From the NCBI GenBank assembly GCA_017433405.1, contig JAFRHH010000010.1:464-64463 (forward strand): DNA of 64,000 nt, given 5' to 3'. A model generated the notes under the pieces. The model had not been told where the DNA came from and did no database searches. It worked only from the letters and a program-made list of their open reading frames with translations. Numbering within the stretch: the first letter of the stretch is position 1; every line of letters begins with the position of its first letter. Shown piece after piece: positions 18,606 to 27,579 of this stretch. The translations under genes and the position numbers were made by a program. The stretch comes from Clostridia bacterium. Its GTDB lineage: Bacteria > Bacillota > Clostridia > Christensenellales > Aristaeellaceae.

Positions 18606-20021
18606 TCAGATTTTCTTTTTGTCAAAGCCGAAATACCGTTCGGCATTGTAGTAGCTGATATCCGCGACGATCTCCTTCAGGGTGTCCAGATCCTCGGGAT
18701 AGAAGCCTTCCTCGACCCACTCGCCGAAGATCCGGCAGAGGATCCGCCGGAAGTATTCATGCCGGGGATAGCTCAGGAAGGAGCGGCTGTCCGTCAGCAT
18801 GCCGACGAAGCCCGCCAGATACCCCAGACTCGCCAGGGACTTGAGCTGGTCGCTCATGCCGTCGAAGTGATCGTTGAACCACCAGGCGGAGCCGTGCTGA
18901 ATCCGGCCGACGGCGGTATCGTTCTGGAAGCAGCCCAGGATCGTATCGATGGCCGCGTTGTCGTTGGTGTTCAGACTGTAGAGGATCGTCTTCGGCAGCT
19001 TGCCGCTTTCCTCCAGCGCGCCGAGGAAGGCCGCGGTCTGGGCGGAGGGGGCGAAGTTGTCAACACAGTCGAACCCGGTGTCGGGGCCCATGGCCCGGAA
19101 CATGTTGGGGTTGTTGTCCCGACGGCAACCATAGTGCAGCTGCATCACCCATCCGCGGCGGGCGTATTCCGCCGCCATGGCGGTCATGAAGGCATACTTG
19201 AAGGCCGCCTCCTCCGCCGCCGTCGGCATCATACCGTCCATCCGCTTGGCGAAGATGGTTTCCACCTCCGCCTCGGTGGCGGGGGCGTACATGACGTAGT
19301 TCAGGGCATGGTCGCTGAGCTTGCAGCCGTGGCTTGCAAAGAAGTCCAGCCGGTTCTTGAGCGCGCGGATCAGCGCCGCGAAGGAATCGATCTTCATCCC
19401 AGCCGCCTTCCTCAGCTGCGCGAGGTAATCCGGATAGGTTTCCTTCTCCAGATTCATGGCCTTGTCCGGCCGCCAGGCAGGCAGCACCGTCACCGGGAAG
19501 GTTTTGTCCGCCGCCAGCTTCTCGTGCCATTCGAGGCTGTCCACCGGGTCGTCGGTGGTGCAGATCGTGTCCACGTTGCTCATCCGGATCAGGCCCCGGG
19601 AGGTATAGCCCTCGCTCTGAAGCTTCGCGTTGGCGCACTGCCAGACCTCCTCGGCGGTATCCTTATTCAGGATGCCCTCGTAGCCGAAGAAGCGGCGCAG
19701 CTCCAGGTGGCTCCAGTGATGCAGGGGGTTGCCGATGGCCTTCCCCAGCACCTCCGCGTACTTCTGGAACTTCTCCCGGTCGGTGGCGTCGCCGGTGATG
19801 TACTTCTCCGGCACGCCGGCCGAGCGCATCAGCCGCCACTTATAGTGGTCGCCCCCCAGCCAGACCTGGGTGATATTGTCGTAGCGGATATCCTCATAGA
19901 TTTCCCGGGGGCTCAGATGGCAGTGATAATCGATGATGGGGCACTTCTCCGCCGCCTCGTGATAGAGAACGCGAGCGGTTTTCGTATTCAGCAGGAAATC
20001 CTTCGTCAGAAATTCTTTCAT
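18606..20021 (-). CDS. uxaC: Uronate isomerase
   Basis: PIIDYHCHL, GDHYKWR, AWWFNDH, LTDSRSFLSYPRHEYFRR. Confidence 0.97.
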   Translation of the reverse strand: MKEFLTKDFLLNTKTARVLYHEAAEKCPIIDYHCHLSPREIYEDIRYDNITQVWLGGDHYKWRLMRSAGVPEKYITGDATDREKFQKYAEVLGKAIGNPLHHWSHLELRRFFGYEGILNKDTAEEVWQCANAKLQSEGYTSRGLIRMSNVDTICTTDDPVDSLEWHEKLAADKTFPVTVLPAWRPDKAMNLEKETYPDYLAQLRKAAGMKIDSFAALIRALKNRLDFFASHGCKLSDHALNYVMYAPATEAEVETIFAKRMDGMMPTAAEEAAFKYAFMTAMAAEYARRGWVMQLHYGCRRDNNPNMFRAMGPDTGFDCVDNFAPSAQTAAFLGALEESGKLPKTILYSLNTNDNAAIDTILGCFQNDTAVGRIQHGSAWWFNDHFDGMSDQLKSLASLGYLAGFVGMLTDSRSFLSYPRHEYFRRILCRIFGEWVEEGFYPEDLDTLKEIVADISYYNAERYFGFDKKKI

Positions 20022-20094
20022 GGCTCTTCCTTTCACAGCCCCGACGCGGGGCGGGGCTTTAAGTCATGGCCCCGGCCCGCGCCGGGATCATCGC

Positions 20095-21192
20095 TTACCG
20101 CTTCACGCGGGCGCTGCCGTTCTTCATGATGGATTCAACCTCTTCCCGGCTGGCCATGCTGGTGTCCCCGGGGGTGGTCATCGCCAGGGCGCCGTGGGCC
20201 GCGCCGTAGTTGACGGCCAGCTCCGGATCCCCGGTGGTCATGAGGCCGTAAACCAGGCCCGAGGCGAAGGAATCGCCGCCGCCGACCCGGTCCATGATCT
20301 CCAGGCCGTTATATTCCTTGGACATAAAGACCTTGCCGTCCGCCCAGCAGATGGCCTTCCAGTCGTTGACGGTGGCGGTCCTGACGGTCCTCAGGGTCGT
20401 GGCGATGGCCTTGAAGTTCGGATACTGCTTCGCGGCTTCCTCGATCATCTTGTAATAGCCGGTCAGGTTCAGCTCCTTGAGGTTCTCGTCGTTGCCCTCG
20501 ACCTGCAGGCCCAGGCAGGCGGTAAAGTCCTCCTCGTTGCCGATCATGACGTCCACGTATTTCGCGACTTCCTTGTTGACCTCCCGGGCCTTTTCCAGGC
20601 CGCCGATGGCGGACCACATGGAGGGCCGGTAGTTCAGGTCATAGGAGATCAGCGTCCCGTATTTCTTCGCCGTCTTGCAGGCGGCGATGACGGTCTCGCA
20701 GCTCTGCTCCGACAGGGCCGCGTAGATGCCTCCGGTGTGCAGCCAGCGAACGCCCAGCTTTCCGAAGACATAGTCGAAATCGAAGTCCTCGGGTGTCGCC
20801 TTGGAAATGGCGGTATTCGCCCGGTCGGAGCAGCCCACGGCGCCCCGGATGCCGAAGCCCCGCTCGGTAAAGTTCAGGCCGTTGCGGCAGATCCGGCCGA
20901 TGCCGTCGGTCTTCTTCCAGCAGATCAGGCTCGTGTCCACGCCGCCCTGCTCGATCAGATCCTTCAGCAGCTTGCCGACCTCGTTGTCTGCGAAGGCGGT
21001 CAGCACGCCGGTCCTGAGGCCGAAGCACTTATGCAGGCCCCGGACCACGTTGTATTCTCCGCCGCCCTCCCAGGCCTTAAACTCCCGGGCGGTCCGGATC
21101 CGGCCCTCGCCGGGATCCAGGCGCAGCATGATTTCCCCCAGGGATACGGCGTCATAGCGGCATTCTTCAGCGGCTCTCAGATTCAGATTCAT
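20095..21192 (-). CDS. kdgK: 2-keto-3-deoxygluconate kinase (PfkB family)
   Basis: GEIMLRL, YDLNYRP, DRVGGGDSFASG; uronate pathway context. Confidence 0.9.
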   Translation of the reverse strand: MNLNLRAAEECRYDAVSLGEIMLRLDPGEGRIRTAREFKAWEGGGEYNVVRGLHKCFGLRTGVLTAFADNEVGKLLKDLIEQGGVDTSLICWKKTDGIGRICRNGLNFTERGFGIRGAVGCSDRANTAISKATPEDFDFDYVFGKLGVRWLHTGGIYAALSEQSCETVIAACKTAKKYGTLISYDLNYRPSMWSAIGGLEKAREVNKEVAKYVDVMIGNEEDFTACLGLQVEGNDENLKELNLTGYYKMIEEAAKQYPNFKAIATTLRTVRTATVNDWKAICWADGKVFMSKEYNGLEIMDRVGGGDSFASGLVYGLMTTGDPELAVNYGAAHGALAMTTPGDTSMASREEVESIMKNGSARVKR

Positions 21193-21198
21193 CTTCTC

Positions 21199-21837
21199 TT
21201 ACCCCCTGATCTCTTTCACGATTCCGGCGGCTTCCCGCACGAGGTTTTCGATTTCGTCAAACTTGCCTTCCTTCACGAGGCTGCCGGACACCATCCAGCT
21301 GCCGCCGCAGGCGACGATCCGGTCGTAGGCCAGGTATTCCCGGACGTTGGCGGCGCTGATGCCGCCGGTGGGCATGAAGCTCAGTCCCACATAGGGGGCC
21401 GCCATGGCCTTGATCATCTTCAGGCCGCCGCTGGGCTCCGCCGGGAAGAACTTCACCACGTCCAGGCCGAACTGCAGCGCCGCCTCCACCTCCGTCGGCG
21501 TGCAGACGCCGGGGGTCATGGGAACGCCCTTCTTCAGCACGTATTCCGTCACCTTGGGGTTCAGGCCGGGGCTGACGATGAACTTCGCGCCCGCGTCGAT
21601 GGCCCGGTCCGCCTGCTCGCAGGTCAGCACGGTGCCGGCGCCGACGATCATGTCCGGATAGGCCTTGACCATCCGGCGGATGGATTCCTCCGCCGCCGCC
21701 GTCCGGAAGGTCACCTCCGCGCAGGGCAGTCCGCCTTTGACCAGGCGCTCCGCCAGCGGCAGCGCGTCCTCCTCGCTGTTGAGCACCACCACGGGCACGA
21801 TGCCCAGCTTCTGCAGTTTTTTCATCATTTCGGTCAT
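21199..21837 (-). CDS. eda: KDPG/KHG aldolase
   Basis: EVTFRT, GAGTVL, FIVSPG, KFFPA, PTGGI. Start MTEMMKK has a GGAGGAG RBS. Confidence 0.95.
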   Translation of the reverse strand: MTEMMKKLQKLGIVPVVVLNSEEDALPLAERLVKGGLPCAEVTFRTAAAEESIRRMVKAYPDMIVGAGTVLTCEQADRAIDAGAKFIVSPGLNPKVTEYVLKKGVPMTPGVCTPTEVEAALQFGLDVVKFFPAEPSGGLKMIKAMAAPYVGLSFMPTGGISAANVREYLAYDRIVACGGSWMVSGSLVKEGKFDEIENLVREAAGIVKEIRG

Positions 21838-21865
21838 GTTTGTCTCCTCCTTGTTCGTTCGCAGG

Positions 21866-23347
21866 TCACAGGGTAACGCCCTGCTTGAAAATCGCCAGGT
21901 TATGGAATCCGTTTTTCTCGTTCCGGGTGGTCTGCCCGGAGGCGGTGGCCAGCACCAGCTCCATGAGCTCCCCGCCCAGCTCCTCGAGGCTCCGGCCCTC
22001 CAGCAGCCGTCCCGCGTTGAAGTCGATCCAGTTCGCCTTTTTCGTCGCCAGGGGCGTATTGGTAGCAATCTTGAGGGTCGGCACCGGGCAGCCGAAGGGC
22101 GTCCCCCGTCCCGTCGAGAACAGAATCAGCTGGGCGCCGGAAACCGCCAGGGCGGTGGAAGCCACCAGGTCGTTTCCGGGGGAGGTCAGCAGGTTCAGCC
22201 CCTGCTCCCTGACGGCCTCGCCGTAGGCCAGCACGCCCTTCACCGGGGAGGAGCCGCTCTTCTGGGTGCATCCCAGGGCCTTGTCCTCCAGGGTGGTAAT
22301 TCCGCCGGCCTTGTTTCCCGGAGAGGGATTTTCGTACACCGGCATATGGTAGGATTCGAAATATTCCTTGAAATCGTTGATCAGCCGGACGGTCTTCTCA
22401 AAGAGCTCCTCCGTCCCGCAGCGGTCCATCAGGATGGTTTCGGCGCCGAACATCTCCGGCACCTCCGTCAGGATCGTGCTGCCGCCCATGGCGGTCAAAA
22501 GGTCGCTGAAGACCCCGATGGTCGGGTTGGCGGTGATGCCGCTGAGCCCGTCGGATCCGCCGCACTTGAGGCCCACCACCAGCCGGTCGGCCCCCAGGGG
22601 CTCCCGCCGGTCCTTCCGCATCCGCTCCGCCAGCTCCGAAACCAGCTTCAGGCCCTCCGCCTGCTCGTCCTCCACCTCCTGGCAGACCAGGAAGCGGACC
22701 CGGCTCTCGTCGTAGTCCCCCATGAAGGGGCGGATCTGGTCGATGCCGCTGTTTTCACACCCGAGGCCGAGCAGCAGCACGCCGCCGACGTTCGGATGGG
22801 TCGCCAGGGCGGCGAGGGCCTTCCGGGTATTGTCCTGATCGTCCCCCAGCTGGGAGCAGCCGTAGGGATGGGAAAAGGCGTAGACGCCGTCGACCCCGTC
22901 CCCCGTCAGCACCTGGGCGCTCTGGGCGATGGCCTGGGCCACGCCGTTGACGCAGCCCACCGTCGGCAGGATCCACAGCTCGTTCCGAATGCCGGGCCGG
23001 CCCTTCTCCCGGGGATAGCCCAGGAAGGTCGCGGGAGCGATCTTCTCCTGCTTCGGATGGGTCGGGTTCCAGGTGTATTCCTTCGTTCCGGAAAGCAGGG
23101 TATGCAGGTTATGGGTATGGACATGGGCGCCCTCGGGAATATCCTCCGTGGCCGCGCCGATGGGGAAGCCGTACTTGATGACCGGCTCTCCCTTTCGAAT
23201 GGCCCGGAGGGCCACCTTGTGGCCCATGGGAATCTCGCCCTTCACCGTAACCTTTCCGCCGCCCCAGTCCAGCGTTTCCCCGGCCCTGAGGGGCCGCAGG
23301 GCCACCGCCACCAGATCCTCCGGACGGATTCTAACCAGTTCGTTCAT
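21866..23347 (-). CDS. uxaA: Altronate dehydratase
   Basis: N-terminal SAF domain (GHKVAL, HVHTHN), HPYGCSQ, KCGGSDG, ENPSPGNKAGG. Confidence 0.96.
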   Translation of the reverse strand: MNELVRIRPEDLVAVALRPLRAGETLDWGGGKVTVKGEIPMGHKVALRAIRKGEPVIKYGFPIGAATEDIPEGAHVHTHNLHTLLSGTKEYTWNPTHPKQEKIAPATFLGYPREKGRPGIRNELWILPTVGCVNGVAQAIAQSAQVLTGDGVDGVYAFSHPYGCSQLGDDQDNTRKALAALATHPNVGGVLLLGLGCENSGIDQIRPFMGDYDESRVRFLVCQEVEDEQAEGLKLVSELAERMRKDRREPLGADRLVVGLKCGGSDGLSGITANPTIGVFSDLLTAMGGSTILTEVPEMFGAETILMDRCGTEELFEKTVRLINDFKEYFESYHMPVYENPSPGNKAGGITTLEDKALGCTQKSGSSPVKGVLAYGEAVREQGLNLLTSPGNDLVASTALAVSGAQLILFSTGRGTPFGCPVPTLKIATNTPLATKKANWIDFNAGRLLEGRSLEELGGELMELVLATASGQTTRNEKNGFHNLAIFKQGVTL

Positions 23348-23361
23348 CGTTTATTCTCCCC

Positions 23362-24849
23362 TTACAGGCAGGACGCGTAGGCCGCCAGGGCGCCCTTTTC
23401 CCGGATCAGCTTCAGGTTCTTCACCGTCGCCTCCTCCAGCTCGGGCACCTTCGACAGATCCTGGCCCCACATCTGCTCGTTGGTCAGCACCGCGTGCACC
23501 AGCTCCTCCGGCGTATCCTTCCGATGGTTCCAGAAGAACTCCAGCGCCCACCGGTCGTCGTTGATCACATATTCGTTTCCCTTGGGCCGGCGGGCGTGCA
23601 GCCCCTTCTCGTCCAGGGCCTGCAGGTCGCTGGAATAGAAGGCGATGTAGGCCGCCAGGCTCATGGTCAGGAAGGGCGGCAGCTTTCCCTTTTCCTTCAC
23701 GTAGTCCAGGAAGGTCGGCATGTTCCGGGCCCGCCACTTGGAGGTCGAGTTCAGGGAAATGCTCATCAGCTCATGGTTGACGAAGGGATTGTTGAACCGA
23801 TCCTGTACCGCGGCGGCGAACTCCTCGAGATCCTTTTTGTCCAGCGGCAGGGTCGGGATGACCTCCTCCTCCAGCATGCGGTTCATGAAGCCCCGGATCG
23901 TGTCGTTTTCCATGCAGTCCCGCACGATGTCGAAGCCCGCCAGATAGGCGCCCAGCACAAAGCCGGTGTGGGCCCCGTTCAGGATCCGGACCTTCCGCTT
24001 CTTGTAAGGCGTTACGTCCTGCACCACCGTGACCGGCACCCCCGCCTTTTTGAAGGGCAGCCGGTCCTCGAGGCCCTCCGGCCCCTCGATAGCCCAGAAG
24101 CCGAAAACCTCGCCCACGTCCGTCAGCGGATCCTCGTAGCCGTTGGCCGCGGCCAGCGCCTCGACCTCCTTCGGATCCCGGATCCGCCCGGGAACGATCC
24201 GGTCCACCAGAGTGGAGCAGAAGACGTTTTCCTTCTCGACCCACTCCTTAAAGGCGGGCTCCAGCTTCCAGTCGTCGATATACTGCTTCACGCAGCGAAG
24301 CAGCTCCTTGCCATTGTTGTCGATCAGCTCGCAGCTGAGGATGATCAGACCCTTCCGCCCCGCCTTCCAGCGTTCATAGAGCACCCGGGTCAGCTTCGCC
24401 GGGAAGGAAATCGGGGGCTCCTGGTCAAACCTGCTCTCCGTCTCGTGAACGATCCCGGCCTCCGTCGTGTTGCTGACGATGATTTCCAGCTCGGGACTCC
24501 TGGCCAGCTCCAGCACCTTGTCCCATTCCCCGTAGGGGTTGATGCAGCGGCTGACGCAGGAGATGACCCGCTTTTCATCGACCTTCTTCCCCTTTTCGCT
24601 GCCGCGCAGGTACAGGGGATAGAGGCCTTCCTGCCGGTTGATCAGATCCGTCAGTCCCTGGGCAATGGGCTGAACCAGAACCACCTTGCCGTTAAAGCCG
24701 GCCTTTTCGTTGGCCAGATCAAAGAAGTAGTCCACGAATGCGCGTAAAAAATTGCCCTCGCCGAACTGCATCACTTTTTCGGGGGCATTCTCAAGCACGT
24801 ATCCGTCGTAAGAGGAGTCTTTCAGAACCTGATAGTTAAGCTGAGCCAT
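23362..24849 (-). CDS. uxaB: Tagaturonate reductase (altronate oxidoreductase)
   Basis: QFGEGNFLRAF, SNTTEAGI, TLVDRIVPG, KVRILNGAHT. Confidence 0.96.
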   Translation of the reverse strand: MAQLNYQVLKDSSYDGYVLENAPEKVMQFGEGNFLRAFVDYFFDLANEKAGFNGKVVLVQPIAQGLTDLINRQEGLYPLYLRGSEKGKKVDEKRVISCVSRCINPYGEWDKVLELARSPELEIIVSNTTEAGIVHETESRFDQEPPISFPAKLTRVLYERWKAGRKGLIILSCELIDNNGKELLRCVKQYIDDWKLEPAFKEWVEKENVFCSTLVDRIVPGRIRDPKEVEALAAANGYEDPLTDVGEVFGFWAIEGPEGLEDRLPFKKAGVPVTVVQDVTPYKKRKVRILNGAHTGFVLGAYLAGFDIVRDCMENDTIRGFMNRMLEEEVIPTLPLDKKDLEEFAAAVQDRFNNPFVNHELMSISLNSTSKWRARNMPTFLDYVKEKGKLPPFLTMSLAAYIAFYSSDLQALDEKGLHARRPKGNEYVINDDRWALEFFWNHRKDTPEELVHAVLTNEQMWGQDLSKVPELEEATVKNLKLIREKGALAAYASCL

Positions 24850-24882
24850 GTTCTCATCCTCCGACCTCAATTTTATACATCA

Positions 24883-24911
24883 AATGTACAATAATTTTCG
24901 GCCTCCGTCAA
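24883..24911 (-). promoter_or_regulatory. Sigma-A promoter of the uxa operon, with an inverted repeat overlapping the -10
   Basis: TTGACG-17 bp-TACATT; TACAT-TTG-ATGTA palindrome at 24876-24888. Confidence 0.6.
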
Positions 24912-25048
24912 GGATGAAAAAGGGGGATCCGGCCCCCTTTCCGCCCCCGGAAGGGATGCCGGATCCCCTGTTCAGAAAAATTTAATAAGTTCGTTCAATT
25001 TCAGACAACTTATGACAAATTTCCGCAAAAATTATTTGTTCTGTAGGA

Positions 25049-27136
25049 TTATTCGTCGTCGTCCTCGTCGATCTTGGCGTTGGCGATAATCTTCTGGGCC
25101 TCGTTGGCGGGCACTTCCTCGTAGCGCTCGAACTTCATGCTGAAGGAACCCCGGGCCTGGGTCATGCTGCGAAGATCCGTCGCGTACTTGAACATCTCCG
25201 CCAGGGGCGCCTCCGCCTCCAGCAGCTGCATGCTGCCCTCCTGGTTCATGCCCATGATCCGGCCCCGGCGCTTGTTCATGTCGCCCATGATGTCGCCCAT
25301 GTACTCGTTGGGCACCCGGACCTCAACGTGCATAATGGGCTCGAGGAGCACCGGGCTGGCGTCCATGCAGCCCTTCTTATAGGCGATGCGGGCCGCGGTC
25401 TTGAAGGCCATTTCCGAGGAGTCCACCGGGTGATAGGAGCCGTCATAGAGCTTGGCGTGCAGGTGCACCATGGGATAGCCCGCCAGAACGCCCTTGACGA
25501 TATTCTCCCGCAGGCCCTTTTCGACGCTGGGGATGAAGTTCCGCGGAACCACGCCGCCGACCACCGCGTCCTCGAACTCGAATTCCGCGTCGCTGTCGGT
25601 GATGGGGCTGAACTCGATCCAGACGTCGCCGAACTGGCCGTGGCCGCCGGTCTGCTTCTTGTGCCGGCCCTGTACCTTGACGGTCTTCCGGATGGTTTCA
25701 CGGTACGGAATCTTCGGATCCTGCAGCACGGCGTTGGCGCCGAACTTGGAAGCCAGCTTGTTCCGGATCACGTCCAGATGCATCTCGCCCTGGCCGCTCA
25801 GCTCGGTTTCGGTGGTCTCGGCGTTCTTTTCAATCCGGATGGAGGGATCCTCCTCCGCCAGGCGGTTCAGGCCGCTGAAGACCTTGTCTTCCTCGCCCTG
25901 CTTGGCGGCGAAGACCGCCTTGGAGATGCAGGGGGCCGGGAAGACGATTTCCGGATACTTAACCGGGTTCGCCGGGTCGCAGAGGGTATCGCCGGTGGAG
26001 GTGAACTGCAGCTTCGCCAGGGCACCCAGGTCGCCGGCGTGCAGCTTGTCGACGCTGGTCTGCTTGTTGCCCCGCAGGGAGAACAGACCGCCGGCCTTCT
26101 CGGTCTTTTCCTTGTTGGCGTTGTAGAGGGCGGTGGATCCCGTCAGCATGCCGGAGAAGATCCGGAACAGGCTGAGCTTGCCAACGAAGGGGTCAGCGAT
26201 GGTCTTGAACACCAGGGCGGAGAAGGGCAGCTCGTCCCTGCACTCCCGGACGACCTCCTCGCCGGTCTTGGGATTGACGCCCGTCACGCTCAGCCCTTCG
26301 TGGGCGGGAGAGGGCAGATACTTGGCCATCAGATCCATGGTCCGGGCGATGCCCACGCCGGTCAGCGCGGAGCAGGCCACGACGGGAACGATGCTCCCGT
26401 CCTTCATGCCCTTGCGGAAGCCGAACATGATCTCGTCATAGGTCAGCTCCTCGCCCTCGAGGTATTTCATCATCAGATCGTCGTCCGCGGCGGCGGCCTG
26501 CTCCGTCAGGAATTCGAAGGCCTCGTTGACCTCCGCTTCCAGCTCGGCGGGCATCGGAACTTCCTTGCTCTTCTTGTAAGCGCCTTCGTAGGCCTTCTTT
26601 TCCAGCACGTTGACCACGCCCCGGAAGGCCGCGCCGGCGCCCAGGGGAATCAGGATCGGCACGACGCTGGAGCCGTATTTCTCCCGCAGCTGCGCCGTCA
26701 CCTTTTCGAAGTTCGCGTGCTCCCGGTCCATCTGGTTGACGATGAACATCCGGCCCAGCTTGTGCTCGCCGGCCGCGTCCCAGGCCTTCTCCGCGCCGAC
26801 GGCCAGCCCGTTGACACCGCCGACGACGATAACGGCGGTCTCCGCCACCCGCAGCGGCCCGCACATCTCGCCCACGAAATCAAAATAGCCGGGCACGTCG
26901 ATGACGTTAATCACCTTGCCGTTCCACGGAACGGGGGCGTAGCTGGCGCTGATGGAAAAGCCGCGTTTTTTCTCTTCCGGATCAAAGTCGGATACGGTGG
27001 AGCCGTCCTCCACCTTGCCCTGACGGTCGATCGAGCCGGCGGCGAAGAGCATCGCCTCGGTCAGCGTGGTCTTGCCCTCGCCGCCATGCCCCATGAGGGC
27101 GATATTCCGAATGTTTCCGGTGATGAATTCAGCCAT
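25049..27136 (-). CDS. fusA: Elongation factor G paralogue (EF-G2 type)
   Basis: GHGGEGKTT, DVPGYFDF, KQTGGHGQFG, DGSYHPVDSSE; not located in the str operon. Confidence 0.93.
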   Translation of the reverse strand: MAEFITGNIRNIALMGHGGEGKTTLTEAMLFAAGSIDRQGKVEDGSTVSDFDPEEKKRGFSISASYAPVPWNGKVINVIDVPGYFDFVGEMCGPLRVAETAVIVVGGVNGLAVGAEKAWDAAGEHKLGRMFIVNQMDREHANFEKVTAQLREKYGSSVVPILIPLGAGAAFRGVVNVLEKKAYEGAYKKSKEVPMPAELEAEVNEAFEFLTEQAAAADDDLMMKYLEGEELTYDEIMFGFRKGMKDGSIVPVVACSALTGVGIARTMDLMAKYLPSPAHEGLSVTGVNPKTGEEVVRECRDELPFSALVFKTIADPFVGKLSLFRIFSGMLTGSTALYNANKEKTEKAGGLFSLRGNKQTSVDKLHAGDLGALAKLQFTSTGDTLCDPANPVKYPEIVFPAPCISKAVFAAKQGEEDKVFSGLNRLAEEDPSIRIEKNAETTETELSGQGEMHLDVIRNKLASKFGANAVLQDPKIPYRETIRKTVKVQGRHKKQTGGHGQFGDVWIEFSPITDSDAEFEFEDAVVGGVVPRNFIPSVEKGLRENIVKGVLAGYPMVHLHAKLYDGSYHPVDSSEMAFKTAARIAYKKGCMDASPVLLEPIMHVEVRVPNEYMGDIMGDMNKRRGRIMGMNQEGSMQLLEAEAPLAEMFKYATDLRSMTQARGSFSMKFERYEEVPANEAQKIIANAKIDEDDDE

Positions 27137-27268
27137 GGTATCATTCCTCCAAGATATAATTTTTCAAAACGTTTTCTCCCGCCCCCGGCATCGGCCGGCG
27201 GAAGAATCAAAAGCACTCACGGAGCAGTATACCATAACCTGCCGAAATTGAAAAGAAAAAAATATTTT

Positions 27269-27363
27269 CTCCTCTGTGAACGGGTATTCACGTCTGCCAT
27301 TCTGTCCGGATGACGATTTTGTCAGCGCTCACGCTAAAGCGCTTCGCGTACATAATCTGTCTC
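27269..27363 (-). repeat. Dispersed repeat copy R7 (full unit)
   Basis: ctcctctgtgaacgggtattcacgtctgccattctgtccggatgacgattttg...aatctgtctc. Confidence 0.92.
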
Positions 27364-27579
27364 GCGCCATGCATAAAGAAGCCACAGTTTAATAAAGAAG
27401 CGAGAGCGTCCGCGGGCGCAAATACCGCAGCTGGGCGGCCGGGCCGCACAGCTCGAAAAAAGGGCTTGCGGAGTGAGCCGTCCGGATTTACAATAATCCC
27501 GTCCGCTTCTCTGCCGGCGCTTCTTTCCCGGACAGGATCTGGCACTCAAATCATTGAATTGATAGTTGGAGGAAAAACC

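Noticed and set aside
27310-27579. N-terminal extension of the CARF-HEPN ORF given in the track
   Set aside because: It starts inside repeat R7; a clear GGAGG RBS supports the ATG at 27580.
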